A stretch of 64,000 bases of DNA from the IMG/VR virus record IMGVR_UViG_3300001335_000125, positions 1 to 64,000 of that record; one strand, given 5' to 3'. The DNA comes from a virus. Its lineage: Duplodnaviria > Caudoviricetes. Below are positions 9,200 to 18,055 of the stretch, piece after piece (positions within the stretch are counted from its first letter, which is position 1; every line of letters begins with the position of its first letter). The translations under genes were made by a program, and so were the position numbers. Below the pieces are notes generated by a model. It did no database searches. It saw only the letters and a list, made by a program, of their open reading frames with translations, and was not told the DNA's origin.

Positions 9200-9741
9200 T
9201 GAATTATATTGTGTCTGGGTTGGAAAGGTCAGGAACATCTTTAATGATGCAAATATTAGACTGTGCTGGATTTCCTATAGCATGTGATAATGAAAGAAAA
9301 CCAGATATTAATAACCCAGAGGGATATTATGAGTTATATAATGGTAGAATAATAGATAGACTTGATGATATAGATGTTAGGTGTTATGATGAGAAAGTAA
9401 TTAAAATAACATCATATGGAATTAAGAAATTAAACTCAAATATAAATTATAAAATTATATATATGATACGGAATTTAGATGAGGTATATCAATCACAAAA
9501 TAAGATGATGGATATTAAGAAATCTAATAAGAAAAACACAATTGAATTATTAGATAAGATTAATAAAGGGACATTGAATTATATGTTAAGAAGTTCCAAT
9601 ATAGATTTTATAGTTGTCAATTATAATAATCTTTTAAAGTTTCCGTATAGGGAGTTAAAACGAATATCCACTTTCTTAAATAGAGATATAACACAAGGAG
9701 AAGTGGTAATAAAACCAAGTCTATGGAGAAATCGTAAATGA
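9199..9741 (+). CDS. sulfotransferase-family P-loop protein
   Basis: SGLERSGTSLMMQIL (PAPS-binding loop), GYYE, IYMIRN, YNNLL. Confidence 0.8.
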   Translation: MNYIVSGLERSGTSLMMQILDCAGFPIACDNERKPDINNPEGYYELYNGRIIDRLDDIDVRCYDEKVIKITSYGIKKLNSNINYKIIYMIRNLDEVYQSQNKMMDIKKSNKKNTIELLDKINKGTLNYMLRSSNIDFIVVNYNNLLKFPYRELKRISTFLNRDITQGEVVIKPSLWRNRK

Positions 9742-9929
9742 AGGATACTAAAGAAGTAAAAGAGATGTGTGAACAACATTGGAGTTATGTAAAGGGAATT
9801 CTTATTATGCATGGAGAAGACCTTAATGTTATAGATAAGATTGGATGGCACTATATTCAGGCAATGATGCATGGATATAAGCATGCTGTTCAAGACATGG
9901 ACACTGACAAAATGATCTATGTTGAATAA
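9738..9929 (+). CDS. hypothetical protein (HW.Y...HY...HG.KH pattern)
   Basis: ATGA-coupled 63-aa His-rich ORF. Confidence 0.65.
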   Translation: MKDTKEVKEMCEQHWSYVKGILIMHGEDLNVIDKIGWHYIQAMMHGYKHAVQDMDTDKMIYVE

Positions 9930-9940
9930 AGAGGATAGAG

Positions 9941-10195
9941 ATGACAACCGTTCTAGAGAAATTAAAAGAGTTGAAAGAAGAGTACGATGAGAGGATGGAG
10001 AAAATAGATAAGATTCTAGAAAATGCAGAAAAGGCAACTAATAGTATGGACAAAGCTATGAAACAAATGGAGAGTTCATTTATCGTATTAAAAGCTAAGA
10101 TAGAGAAATTGGATAGAGACTACGAATCTATGAAAGCATCTATGACCGAGTTAAAGAATAATAGATGGTTGAAATTATTTGGGGTGGATTTATGA
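9941..10195 (+). CDS. coiled-coil protein
   Basis: heptad-like K/E/L/M composition. Confidence 0.65.
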   Translation: MTTVLEKLKELKEEYDERMEKIDKILENAEKATNSMDKAMKQMESSFIVLKAKIEKLDRDYESMKASMTELKNNRWLKLFGVDL

Positions 10196-10410
10196 ATGGA
10201 TATACCAATATAAAAATACCAGTTGGGTTATACAATAGATATAAAGATATGATGATTAACACAGAATACAAAACTGTTGAAGACTATATGTTATATGTTT
10301 TAAGAGAAGAGGTAGCGAAGTATAACATGGTTGAAGATGGTTATGAATTAACAGAAGATGAAGAAGAGGCTATTAAGGTAAGATTAAGAGCACTTGGTTA
10401 TTTGGATTAG
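10192..10410 (+). CDS. archaeal-type CopG/ribbon-helix-helix protein
   Basis: IKIPVGLY...TVEDYMLYVLRE...EEEAIKVRLRALGYL; GGGGTGGA site before ATG 10192. Confidence 0.75.
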   Translation: MNGYTNIKIPVGLYNRYKDMMINTEYKTVEDYMLYVLREEVAKYNMVEDGYELTEDEEEAIKVRLRALGYLD

Positions 10411-10415
10411 ATATT

Positions 10416-10733
10416 ATGAAAACAATATTTGTATATGGCATCTTACAGAAACATCATAGTGCATTAGACTTTGGTATGACAGACGATATGTATAGAGGAG
10501 AAGCAACAATATCATCTTTTAAAAGAGAAAGTCTTGTACATATTAGTAAGACAGAAATTCCCAATAGTAAGGTACATGGAGAACTATGGGAAGTTCCGGA
10601 TGATATTGAAGAACACATATATCAGTTTGAAGCACAGTTTGGATATGAAAGAGTAAGTCTAATAGTTGAGGATGCTAATGGAGAGTATGTAAATGCAATC
10701 TTATATTTGGTGGATTGGAAAGATGAAACATAG
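10416..10733 (+). CDS. gamma-glutamylcyclotransferase (GGCT/AIG2-like)
   Basis: IFVYGIL, VHGELWEV, FE..FGYER. Confidence 0.8.
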   Translation: MKTIFVYGILQKHHSALDFGMTDDMYRGEATISSFKRESLVHISKTEIPNSKVHGELWEVPDDIEEHIYQFEAQFGYERVSLIVEDANGEYVNAILYLVDWKDET

Positions 10734-11319
10734 AATATTTATATATGATTTATTGATGAGAGGTGGATGTCCTGAAGAAGGAGGTCTAAAAGACAATGAC
10801 TATATAGGAACAGGATGTTTATATGGATATAAACGAGAGGGAGTATATTGGATAATTAAAACAGATAATCCAACAGCAATGACAATTGGTGATATATATG
10901 AAGTGGATGATGAAACATATAACAAGGTATCATCTTATTATAGCAGATTTGGATATCATCCAATCACTGAAAACATACCAACTCTAAAAGATTTAGATAA
11001 AGGAACTGATTGTGAATGTACATTATTTGTTAAGGAGGATAAGAAAATGATAAGTAAAAATGAAATGGCAATATTTGGAAGTAGTGACCCGTTTGAATGG
11101 CTAAAGGAAAGTTTTGATATATTGAATAGCGAGTTTAGGGATCTGTATACAAAGAACTCTGATATTATACACTTTAAGACAACTAATATAGAAGACTTTA
11201 AAGCAGAGATTGAACAGTATATGAAGGATAATCCTAATGCGAAGGTGTATGCATCCGGATTCATAATGTCAACAGAAAATCCAGAGAACAATAAATCCTT
11301 TAAGATAAGGAAAGAATAA
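10723..11319 (+). CDS. degenerate GGCT-like domain fused in frame to a hypothetical domain
   Basis: IFIYDLL...GDIYEVD; internal AAGGAGG plus in-frame ATG at 11047. Confidence 0.6.
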   Translation: MKHRIFIYDLLMRGGCPEEGGLKDNDYIGTGCLYGYKREGVYWIIKTDNPTAMTIGDIYEVDDETYNKVSSYYSRFGYHPITENIPTLKDLDKGTDCECTLFVKEDKKMISKNEMAIFGSSDPFEWLKESFDILNSEFRDLYTKNSDIIHFKTTNIEDFKAEIEQYMKDNPNAKVYASGFIMSTENPENNKSFKIRKE

Positions 11320-11320
11320 G

Positions 11321-11551
11321 ATGGGTTTTTGGGATGACGAAGCAACATCCGATACAACATATTTAAGAGCAAGATATTATTGCGTTGTATGTGAAAAGTT
11401 TTTTGAATTGTCACCTATTGCTCCATTAAGATGTCCTACTTGTTTTACTGATGCTAGGAATATTATAGGTCCTATACCTGCAAAGGAATATGATTTAAAT
11501 AAATTAATTCGAGAAAATAAAAGGAAATATGGACATGCACAAAGAAGATAA
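11321..11551 (+). CDS. Zn-ribbon protein (Rpo12/RPB12-like spacing)
   Basis: YYCVVCEKFFELSPIAPLRCPTC. Confidence 0.6.
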   Translation: MGFWDDEATSDTTYLRARYYCVVCEKFFELSPIAPLRCPTCFTDARNIIGPIPAKEYDLNKLIRENKRKYGHAQRR

Positions 11552-11771
11552 TGTGGAGATATATGGTGAACAAGGATGTGCTAGATGTTTACAAGTGAAG
11601 AAACTTATAGAAAAAAGAAATATACCCTATGAATACATAAAGATTGAAGATTTAGAATACCCTGACCATATAATAGATTTAATAACATTAAATAATAATG
11701 ATTTATATCCTCTAATTATGTATAAGGGAGAAATTGTAAGTTTAAAAGATGTATTAAGTATGAGGAAATAA
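11529..11771 (+). CDS. glutaredoxin/NrdH-like protein
   Basis: IYGEQGCARC, YP.IM; directly upstream of nrdD. Confidence 0.85.
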   Translation: MDMHKEDNVEIYGEQGCARCLQVKKLIEKRNIPYEYIKIEDLEYPDHIIDLITLNNNDLYPLIMYKGEIVSLKDVLSMRK

Positions 11772-11772
11772 A

Positions 11773-14700
11773 ATGTATTTACCTGTTTCATATGACCAAG
11801 AATTTGACGATTTATTTATGTATCTTAAAGGAAAATATCCCAAAAAATTATTTGACTTAGATGGGATCGGTGATCAACTAGATTTAAGTAAATTTAGTAA
11901 AGAGTTCTTTTCATCAAAAACAACTGCAGATATAAGTGTAGATGATAATGCAAATGTTGACGATATAAGTGTCATTGCATATGTAAAGGAATTACCAAAG
12001 CCATTCTTTAGGATAAATAGTTACTATATGTTATGGAAAGAATTAAGAAGATTATATGGAAAGGGAATTGCTAATGATATTGTAGATATGCAATTAAGTG
12101 GAGACATATATATAAATGATTTTCATGGATTAGGTTCCGGAATTTCTTATTGTTTCAATTATTCTACATATGATATTATGATGGAAGGTCTTCCTATGAT
12201 AAACAAGATAACATCCACTGCACCAAATCATTTGTACTCTTTCAAATCTCAGATAGAACAATTCACTATTATAGCAGCTAATAGCACTCTAGGAGCAACA
12301 GGATTAGCTGATTTGTTAATAATTATGTCATATTATGTAAAGAAAATATTAGATACAAAAGAGGATGCTCATTTTAAATTTAAGACTGATGAAGATGCAT
12401 GGACATATATAAAGGAGAACCTCGTATCTCTGATATATACTCTTAATCAACCAACAAGAGGTAATCAATGCTTAAGTGATGATACAAAAATATTAACTGA
12501 AAATGGGTGGAAGTCATACAACGAAATAATGCTCGGAGATAATATATATACAATGAATCTAAATAACAATAGATTAGAGTCTAAGAAAGTATTAAATATG
12601 TTCATTAAAGATTATGAAGGAGAAATGTATAATCTTAAAAATAGAATACAAGATCAACTGATCTCTCCTGAGCATAAGGTTGTTAGAAAAGTGTTTAATA
12701 CTAAAGATAACTATGTACTAGAACCAATAGAAGATGTATATAAACTAAAATCTCCACAAATAATTCCTATAGGATGTGACAACGATGAACCAGATTATGA
12801 TATAACTGATAATGAATTAAGATTAGTTTCATGGATTGTATCAGAAGGATCTGTAAGTAAAGATTATAGACTTACAATAAGTCAATCAAAAATAGAGAAT
12901 CCTAATTACTACTATGAAATTAAAGAATTATTAAACACTTTAAATTATACTTATTCAGAGTTAGTTGTGAAGACTGGACTAGGAAATGATACTAATATAT
13001 TTAGATTAATAAAGTCTGATTCACTAAAAATAATTAAGGAATTATTTGACAATAAAGGGATTAAATTTATTCCTGATTGGATAGGAAAACTATCACAAAG
13101 ACAAGCAAGAATATTTTTAGATACATATTTACAAGCAGATGGAAATATATCATCAAATACCATTGTTACCACAGTTCCTGAAGTTTTAGATAATCTTGAA
13201 ATATTGTGTGTAAAGGCAGGATATGGGTTTTCATCAAAACCAAAAAATATTGAACATAACAAACTATCTAAAAAACCACAATATCAGATAAGAATATTAA
13301 AACATAGGGATACGTATATTCAGAAGATAGAAAAAGTAAATTATAATGGTAAGATATGGTGTCCAACAACAGTTAATGGAACTGTTATAGCTAAGAGAAA
13401 TGGAAAGGTGTTTATTACTGGAAATAGTTGTTTTACTAATGTATCTATATATGATAATGCATTCTTAGATCATCTTATACCTGACTATCTTTTCCCGGAT
13501 GGTAGTACCCCAGATAAAGATATCATTAAAAAATTACAAGAACTATTGTTAGTAGTTCTCAATGAAGAGTTAAAAAGAACACCAATAACTTTTCCTATCG
13601 TAACTGCTTGTTTCTCGATAGATAAGGAAAATAATATACAAGACGAGGAGTTTGCTAGATTTATAGCAAAATATAATAAAGAGTATGGGTTTATTAATAT
13701 ATATTGTGGAACGTCTAGTACTTTATCATCTTGTTGTTTTCATCCAGATACTCCAATACTTGCAAAATCATCAAATGGGGTTAAATGGATGTCCTTTAAA
13801 GATTATCATGCCCTAAATTGGGAAAAAGATAAGAAGAATACAACTATATTTCATAACGGAAGTTGGTGTAAAGGCAACTCATTAAAATTACCGTATGGTA
13901 GAAAGTTATATAATATACAGACTTCCAATAATAAAGAAATATTAGTGACAGATGATCATATTCATCCAACAATAGAAGGAGATAAGCCTACTACAGAACT
14001 TACAGAGAATGATTATTTGTTATTTAATAGCCTACCACTAAATACATTTCCAGAAAAGGACATGAAATTAACTTATGAACAAGGATATCTTATAGGACTC
14101 TATTTAGGAGATGGTTCAAAATATAAGAATGTAAAATATGAGTCTTATACAAATACGCTCTCAATGGGATTAAATGACTATGATATTATTCCTATAGTGA
14201 GAAAAGCACTAGATGATTGGGGAATAACAACACAGATTCGTGCTAATGAAGTCGATTATAATGTTCTTTCTATACAAGTATGCTCTAAAGTTTTGTTTGA
14301 TATAATAAATGAATGGGTATACGGAAACTATGCTCATACTAAAGAGCTTAACATGCAATGTATAATTCAATCACTAAAATTTAGAGAGGGAATATTAGAT
14401 GGATGGTATAAATCGGATGGGGGAAACTCCAATAGGATATATACAACTTCAAAGAAACTATCAGAATGTGGAGAACTATTAATAACATCAATAGGAAAAC
14501 AATCCATAATTAATATAGAGGATAGAACCAATGAAAAAATTGTTATAAGAGGAGAAGTATATAACAGAAACTATCCAAGTATATGTGTAAGGTGGTATGA
14601 TTCTAAGAATAAACGAAGTATGTCAGGAGTATATAAAGTTAAAAACAACTCGATATACTATAAAATTAAGTCAATAAAGAAACTAGATGAAATTCAAGAT

Positions 14701-15672
14701 GAGGTGTATTGTTTTGAAATGAAAAATGAAGAGGAACCATACTTTACATTACCTAACGGAATAATTACTCATAACTGTAGGTTGAGATCTGATACAAATA
14801 ATGAGTATTTCAACTCATTTGGTTCGGGTTCATCTAAGATAGGGTCCCTTGGAGTTGTTACTATTAATCTACCACGACTAGCAATTAAATATAAATATGA
14901 TGAAGAGAAATTCTTTTCTAAATTAAGAGATATGGTTAAGGTATGTTCTCAAGTTAACAATGTTAAAAGAAAATTAGTTCAGAAGAGAATAGATAATGGA
15001 AATCATCCATTATACTCTTTAGGATTCATTAGTCTTGGTACTCAGTACTCTACCGTTGGATTGAATGGTCTTAATGAAGCAGTTAATATATTAGGATATG
15101 ATTTACTGGATGAGAAAGGACAGTCTGTAGCAGTAAATATAATGAATACTATTAATGATGAGAATGATAAGTATCAAAAACAATACAACTCTCCTCATAA
15201 TTGTGAGCAAGTTCCTGGAGAAAGTTTGTCTGTGAAATTAGCAGATAAGGATAAATTATTAAAATACCAAGATACATATGATATATACTCAAATCAATTT
15301 ATACCTTTGACAACTAATTCAGACATGTTAGATAGAATATACCTACAGGGTAAATTTGATAAACATTTCTCTGGAGGATCTATCTGTCATATTAATGTAG
15401 AGAGTAAAGTAGATAATGAAGACTATATAGTAGAACTTATAAAATCTAGTGCAAAGATGGGAGTTATTTATTTTGCATTAAATTACAATCTACAAAGATG
15501 TGTTAATGGACATCTTACAGTTGGTACTAAAGATAAATGCTCTGTATGTAATGGAGATATAGTAGATAATTATACAAGAGTGGTCGGTTTCTTAACAAAT
15601 ACTAAGAATTGGAACAAAACTCGCAGAGAAGTAGATTATCCAAATAGAAAATGGTATAGTGAAGTGGAATAA
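11773..15672 (+). CDS. nrdD: anaerobic (class III) ribonucleotide reductase with two inteins
   Basis: spliced motifs RGNQ/SCFTN and SSC/CRL; C-terminal CVNGH...CSVC and YTRVVGFL glycyl-radical motif; predicted spliced length 633 aa. Confidence 0.95.
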   Translation: MYLPVSYDQEFDDLFMYLKGKYPKKLFDLDGIGDQLDLSKFSKEFFSSKTTADISVDDNANVDDISVIAYVKELPKPFFRINSYYMLWKELRRLYGKGIANDIVDMQLSGDIYINDFHGLGSGISYCFNYSTYDIMMEGLPMINKITSTAPNHLYSFKSQIEQFTIIAANSTLGATGLADLLIIMSYYVKKILDTKEDAHFKFKTDEDAWTYIKENLVSLIYTLNQPTRGNQCLSDDTKILTENGWKSYNEIMLGDNIYTMNLNNNRLESKKVLNMFIKDYEGEMYNLKNRIQDQLISPEHKVVRKVFNTKDNYVLEPIEDVYKLKSPQIIPIGCDNDEPDYDITDNELRLVSWIVSEGSVSKDYRLTISQSKIENPNYYYEIKELLNTLNYTYSELVVKTGLGNDTNIFRLIKSDSLKIIKELFDNKGIKFIPDWIGKLSQRQARIFLDTYLQADGNISSNTIVTTVPEVLDNLEILCVKAGYGFSSKPKNIEHNKLSKKPQYQIRILKHRDTYIQKIEKVNYNGKIWCPTTVNGTVIAKRNGKVFITGNSCFTNVSIYDNAFLDHLIPDYLFPDGSTPDKDIIKKLQELLLVVLNEELKRTPITFPIVTACFSIDKENNIQDEEFARFIAKYNKEYGFINIYCGTSSTLSSCCFHPDTPILAKSSNGVKWMSFKDYHALNWEKDKKNTTIFHNGSWCKGNSLKLPYGRKLYNIQTSNNKEILVTDDHIHPTIEGDKPTTELTENDYLLFNSLPLNTFPEKDMKLTYEQGYLIGLYLGDGSKYKNVKYESYTNTLSMGLNDYDIIPIVRKALDDWGITTQIRANEVDYNVLSIQVCSKVLFDIINEWVYGNYAHTKELNMQCIIQSLKFREGILDGWYKSDGGNSNRIYTTSKKLSECGELLITSIGKQSIINIEDRTNEKIVIRGEVYNRNYPSICVRWYDSKNKRSMSGVYKVKNNSIYYKIKSIKKLDEIQDEVYCFEMKNEEEPYFTLPNGIITHNCRLRSDTNNEYFNSFGSGSSKIGSLGVVTINLPRLAIKYKYDEEKFFSKLRDMVKVCSQVNNVKRKLVQKRIDNGNHPLYSLGFISLGTQYSTVGLNGLNEAVNILGYDLLDEKGQSVAVNIMNTINDENDKYQKQYNSPHNCEQVPGESLSVKLADKDKLLKYQDTYDIYSNQFIPLTTNSDMLDRIYLQGKFDKHFSGGSICHINVESKVDNEDYIVELIKSSAKMGVIYFALNYNLQRCVNGHLTVGTKDKCSVCNGDIVDNYTRVVGFLTNTKNWNKTRREVDYPNRKWYSEVE
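12469..13425 (+). mobile_element. intein 1 of NrdD (319 aa, LAGLIDADG-type)
   Basis: starts CLSDDTKILTENGWK, block B ISPEHKV, VSEGS and QADG motifs, ends ITGN followed by Ser. Confidence 0.92.
13735..14775 (+). mobile_element. intein 2 of NrdD (347 aa, LAGLIDADG-type)
   Basis: starts CFHPDTPIL, VTDDH, YLGDG and KSDG motifs, ends ITHN followed by Cys. Confidence 0.93.
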
Positions 15673-16133
15673 TGATAAGAATAGCTTCAACACAATATTC
15701 TATTAATACCCAGTCATTTGAATTATATTTTTCTGGGTGTAAAGCAAATCCACACTGTGAAGATTGCCATAATCCAGAGCTATGGAGTTTTAATGTTGGG
15801 AAGGAATATACTCCAGAATTAAGGAACCGTCTTTTGAGAAAGATAAATGGATTTAATACCCTTATAGATAATATAAGTTTATTGGGTGGAGATCCAATGG
15901 ATCAAGATTTAGACGAACTTATATCTCTTATAGATGATTTTGAGAGTTGTAAAAAGAAAGTATGGTTATTTACTAGATTCGAATTAGATGAAATACCAGA
16001 TAAAATAAAATCTAAGGTAGATTTTATAAAGACAGGAAGATATCTACCCAGAGATAAATCAAATCATGTTGAATATGGAGTTGTATTAGCATCAGCTAAT
16101 CAGCATGTCTATAAACGAGGTAAAGACTTTTGA
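15672..16133 (+). CDS. nrdG: anaerobic RNR activase (radical SAM)
   Basis: GCKANPHCEDCHN, LLGGDP, KTGRY, SANQ; adjacent to nrdD. Confidence 0.9.
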   Translation: MIRIASTQYSINTQSFELYFSGCKANPHCEDCHNPELWSFNVGKEYTPELRNRLLRKINGFNTLIDNISLLGGDPMDQDLDELISLIDDFESCKKKVWLFTRFELDEIPDKIKSKVDFIKTGRYLPRDKSNHVEYGVVLASANQHVYKRGKDF

Positions 16134-16387
16134 CCAAACAAAAGATAGTAGAAGAAGAGATAACCGAAGAAGAAATAGACGAAGAAAATGAAGAAGAAGA
16201 AGAGGAAGATGAATATGAAGAAGTATCTGGATGTCCAAGACAAGTACATCTTGTTAATGGAATGAATCAAGTGATGCTATCTTCCCATGATCCAACAGAA
16301 ACAATGGACTTTCTTTCAGATAGAGCAATAACACTTCTTACTATGATGCGAGAAGAGCTAAAACTTATGGATGATGGATGTGAATAA
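16130..16387 (+). CDS. acidic hypothetical protein
   Basis: poly-Glu N-terminus; TTGA-coupled. Confidence 0.6.
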   Translation: MTKQKIVEEEITEEEIDEENEEEEEEDEYEEVSGCPRQVHLVNGMNQVMLSSHDPTETMDFLSDRAITLLTMMREELKLMDDGCE

Positions 16388-16389
16388 TA

Positions 16390-16590
16390 ATGTGGAAATA
16401 TATAGAAGGAGCTACTAAGTCTGATATTATAGATGAATTGAATAAGATAGAAAAGACTCACAACATCTTAGACTATTCATTTGCTATAGATAGATTTAGA
16501 ATAGCTATTCTTCTACGTATTGAAGAAAAAAGATTGGAGGAATCAATAAATGAACTCAATGGAGAAAGCACTGTTAATATTGAAAGCTAA
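16390..16590 (+). CDS. hypothetical protein
   Basis: 66-aa ORF in operon. Confidence 0.55.
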   Translation: MWKYIEGATKSDIIDELNKIEKTHNILDYSFAIDRFRIAILLRIEEKRLEESINELNGESTVNIES

Positions 16591-16762
16591 ATTCTCAGAT
16601 GATGAAGACCTTAAAAACCAAATCGATGCTATTATACAATTAAAGAGACCAGAGATATTGTTAAATAATGCTGAACAAAGTAAATTCCATGAATACGCAA
16701 CGGACTGGTATAATAGAGGATGGATTATCTATAATAAAGTATCGGAAGGAACAGAGGAATAA
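16550..16762 (+). CDS. hypothetical protein
   Basis: GGAGG upstream; 70-aa ORF. Confidence 0.6.
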   Translation: MNSMEKALLILKAKFSDDEDLKNQIDAIIQLKRPEILLNNAEQSKFHEYATDWYNRGWIIYNKVSEGTEE

Positions 16763-16764
16763 AT

Positions 16765-16986
16765 ATGGCTAATGGAGGACAGACACTATCAGCAATCCTT
16801 AGAGACTCCCCAAAGAAAAAAGAGAAAAAGGTATTAGAGATAGATGAGGAGAAAGCTAGATTAATACACAATGACCTAGAGAAACTATGGAATGAAATAG
16901 TGAATTCAGATGATACAAAGAAACTCTATGGGAAATATATGTCTATTATAGAACGGTTTAAAGAGGATATTCTCAATGACCGATGA
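16765..16986 (+). CDS. hypothetical protein
   Basis: GAGG upstream; 73-aa ORF. Confidence 0.6.
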   Translation: MANGGQTLSAILRDSPKKKEKKVLEIDEEKARLIHNDLEKLWNEIVNSDDTKKLYGKYMSIIERFKEDILNDR

Positions 16987-17356
16987 TATAGATGATATCT
17001 TTGATATGATGGATAGGGTGTTTGGGAGAACACCCAGACATTCTTATACACGACAAAAGCACATTAGTCCTGATAACTATGAAAGATTGATGGATGATGA
17101 CAATCTTTATTATACATTTGAATTAAGACAGTTTGATAAGGATGATGTTGGAGTAGAATATATAAAGAGCAAATCATCTATGGATACCCACGGAACTATT
17201 AAGATTGTATTGAATGATGATACATATTCTCCAATGAATCTTAGATTACCGTATCCAATAGAAGATGATAAGATGAAAGTAACATTTAGAAATGGTATAT
17301 TAGATATAATGTGTCCGTTAGATAAAGAGAGTATGAAAAAGTTAGAAATAGATTAG
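16976..17356 (+). CDS. small heat-shock protein (Hsp20-like)
   Basis: DDIFDMMDRVF N-terminus; LPYPIEDDKMKVTFRNGILDI alpha-crystallin-like motif. Confidence 0.75.
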   Translation: MTDDIDDIFDMMDRVFGRTPRHSYTRQKHISPDNYERLMDDDNLYYTFELRQFDKDDVGVEYIKSKSSMDTHGTIKIVLNDDTYSPMNLRLPYPIEDDKMKVTFRNGILDIMCPLDKESMKKLEID

Positions 17357-17365
17357 GAGTATAAT

Positions 17366-18055
17366 ATGGATTGGGTTATTCTAGCAGCAGGAGAAGGAAT
17401 GAGGTTACGACCCCTAACATACAACAAACCAAAATGTATGATAAAATTAAATGGTAAGAGTATTATTCATCATAATATTGATATCATTCTATCCATGGAT
17501 AAGAATGCTAGAATAATTATTGTCTCTGGATATAAATCGGATGTGTTGTATAAACACTGTAGGGGATATCCAGGAAAAAAGATATATAAACAACAAGCAA
17601 TACGAAATGGTACTTCTAATGCTATCTATATAGCAAAGGACATAGTAGATGATAGATTCATGGTTGTTTCTGGGGATACATGGATAAATAAAGATGATAT
17701 GAAATTGTTGATGAAACATCCAAATAGTTTATTGTATTTTGAAAGAGAAGATAAATTAAACCAGTTCGGTACTATTGAGATGAAGAAAAATAAAATATTA
17801 AGAATTAATGAGAAAGAAACGAATCCAATATCTAATAAGGTAAATACAGGATTATATCATTTTACAAGAGACATCTTTAAAGCAATAGAACGAACTGAGA
17901 TTGATAAGAGATTTAATGAGAAGATAATAACAAATAGTATTAATAGATATATTAAAGATGGAGGTGTGTTCTATGGATACCCTGCCAAAGATATGTTAGA
18001 GGTTACAGATCCGAAAGATGTAGATGAAGTTGAGAGGATATTAGATGGTAGATAA
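17366..18055 (+). CDS. sugar-phosphate nucleotidyltransferase
   Basis: ILAAGEGMRLRPLT...KPK, VSGD, VNTGLY. Confidence 0.92.
   Translation: MDWVILAAGEGMRLRPLTYNKPKCMIKLNGKSIIHHNIDIILSMDKNARIIIVSGYKSDVLYKHCRGYPGKKIYKQQAIRNGTSNAIYIAKDIVDDRFMVVSGDTWINKDDMKLLMKHPNSLLYFEREDKLNQFGTIEMKKNKILRINEKETNPISNKVNTGLYHFTRDIFKAIERTEIDKRFNEKIITNSINRYIKDGGVFYGYPAKDMLEVTDPKDVDEVERILDGR

Noticed and set aside
16150-16222. GAA-rich tandem-like tract
   Set aside because: Simply encodes a poly-Glu stretch; no independent repeat structure
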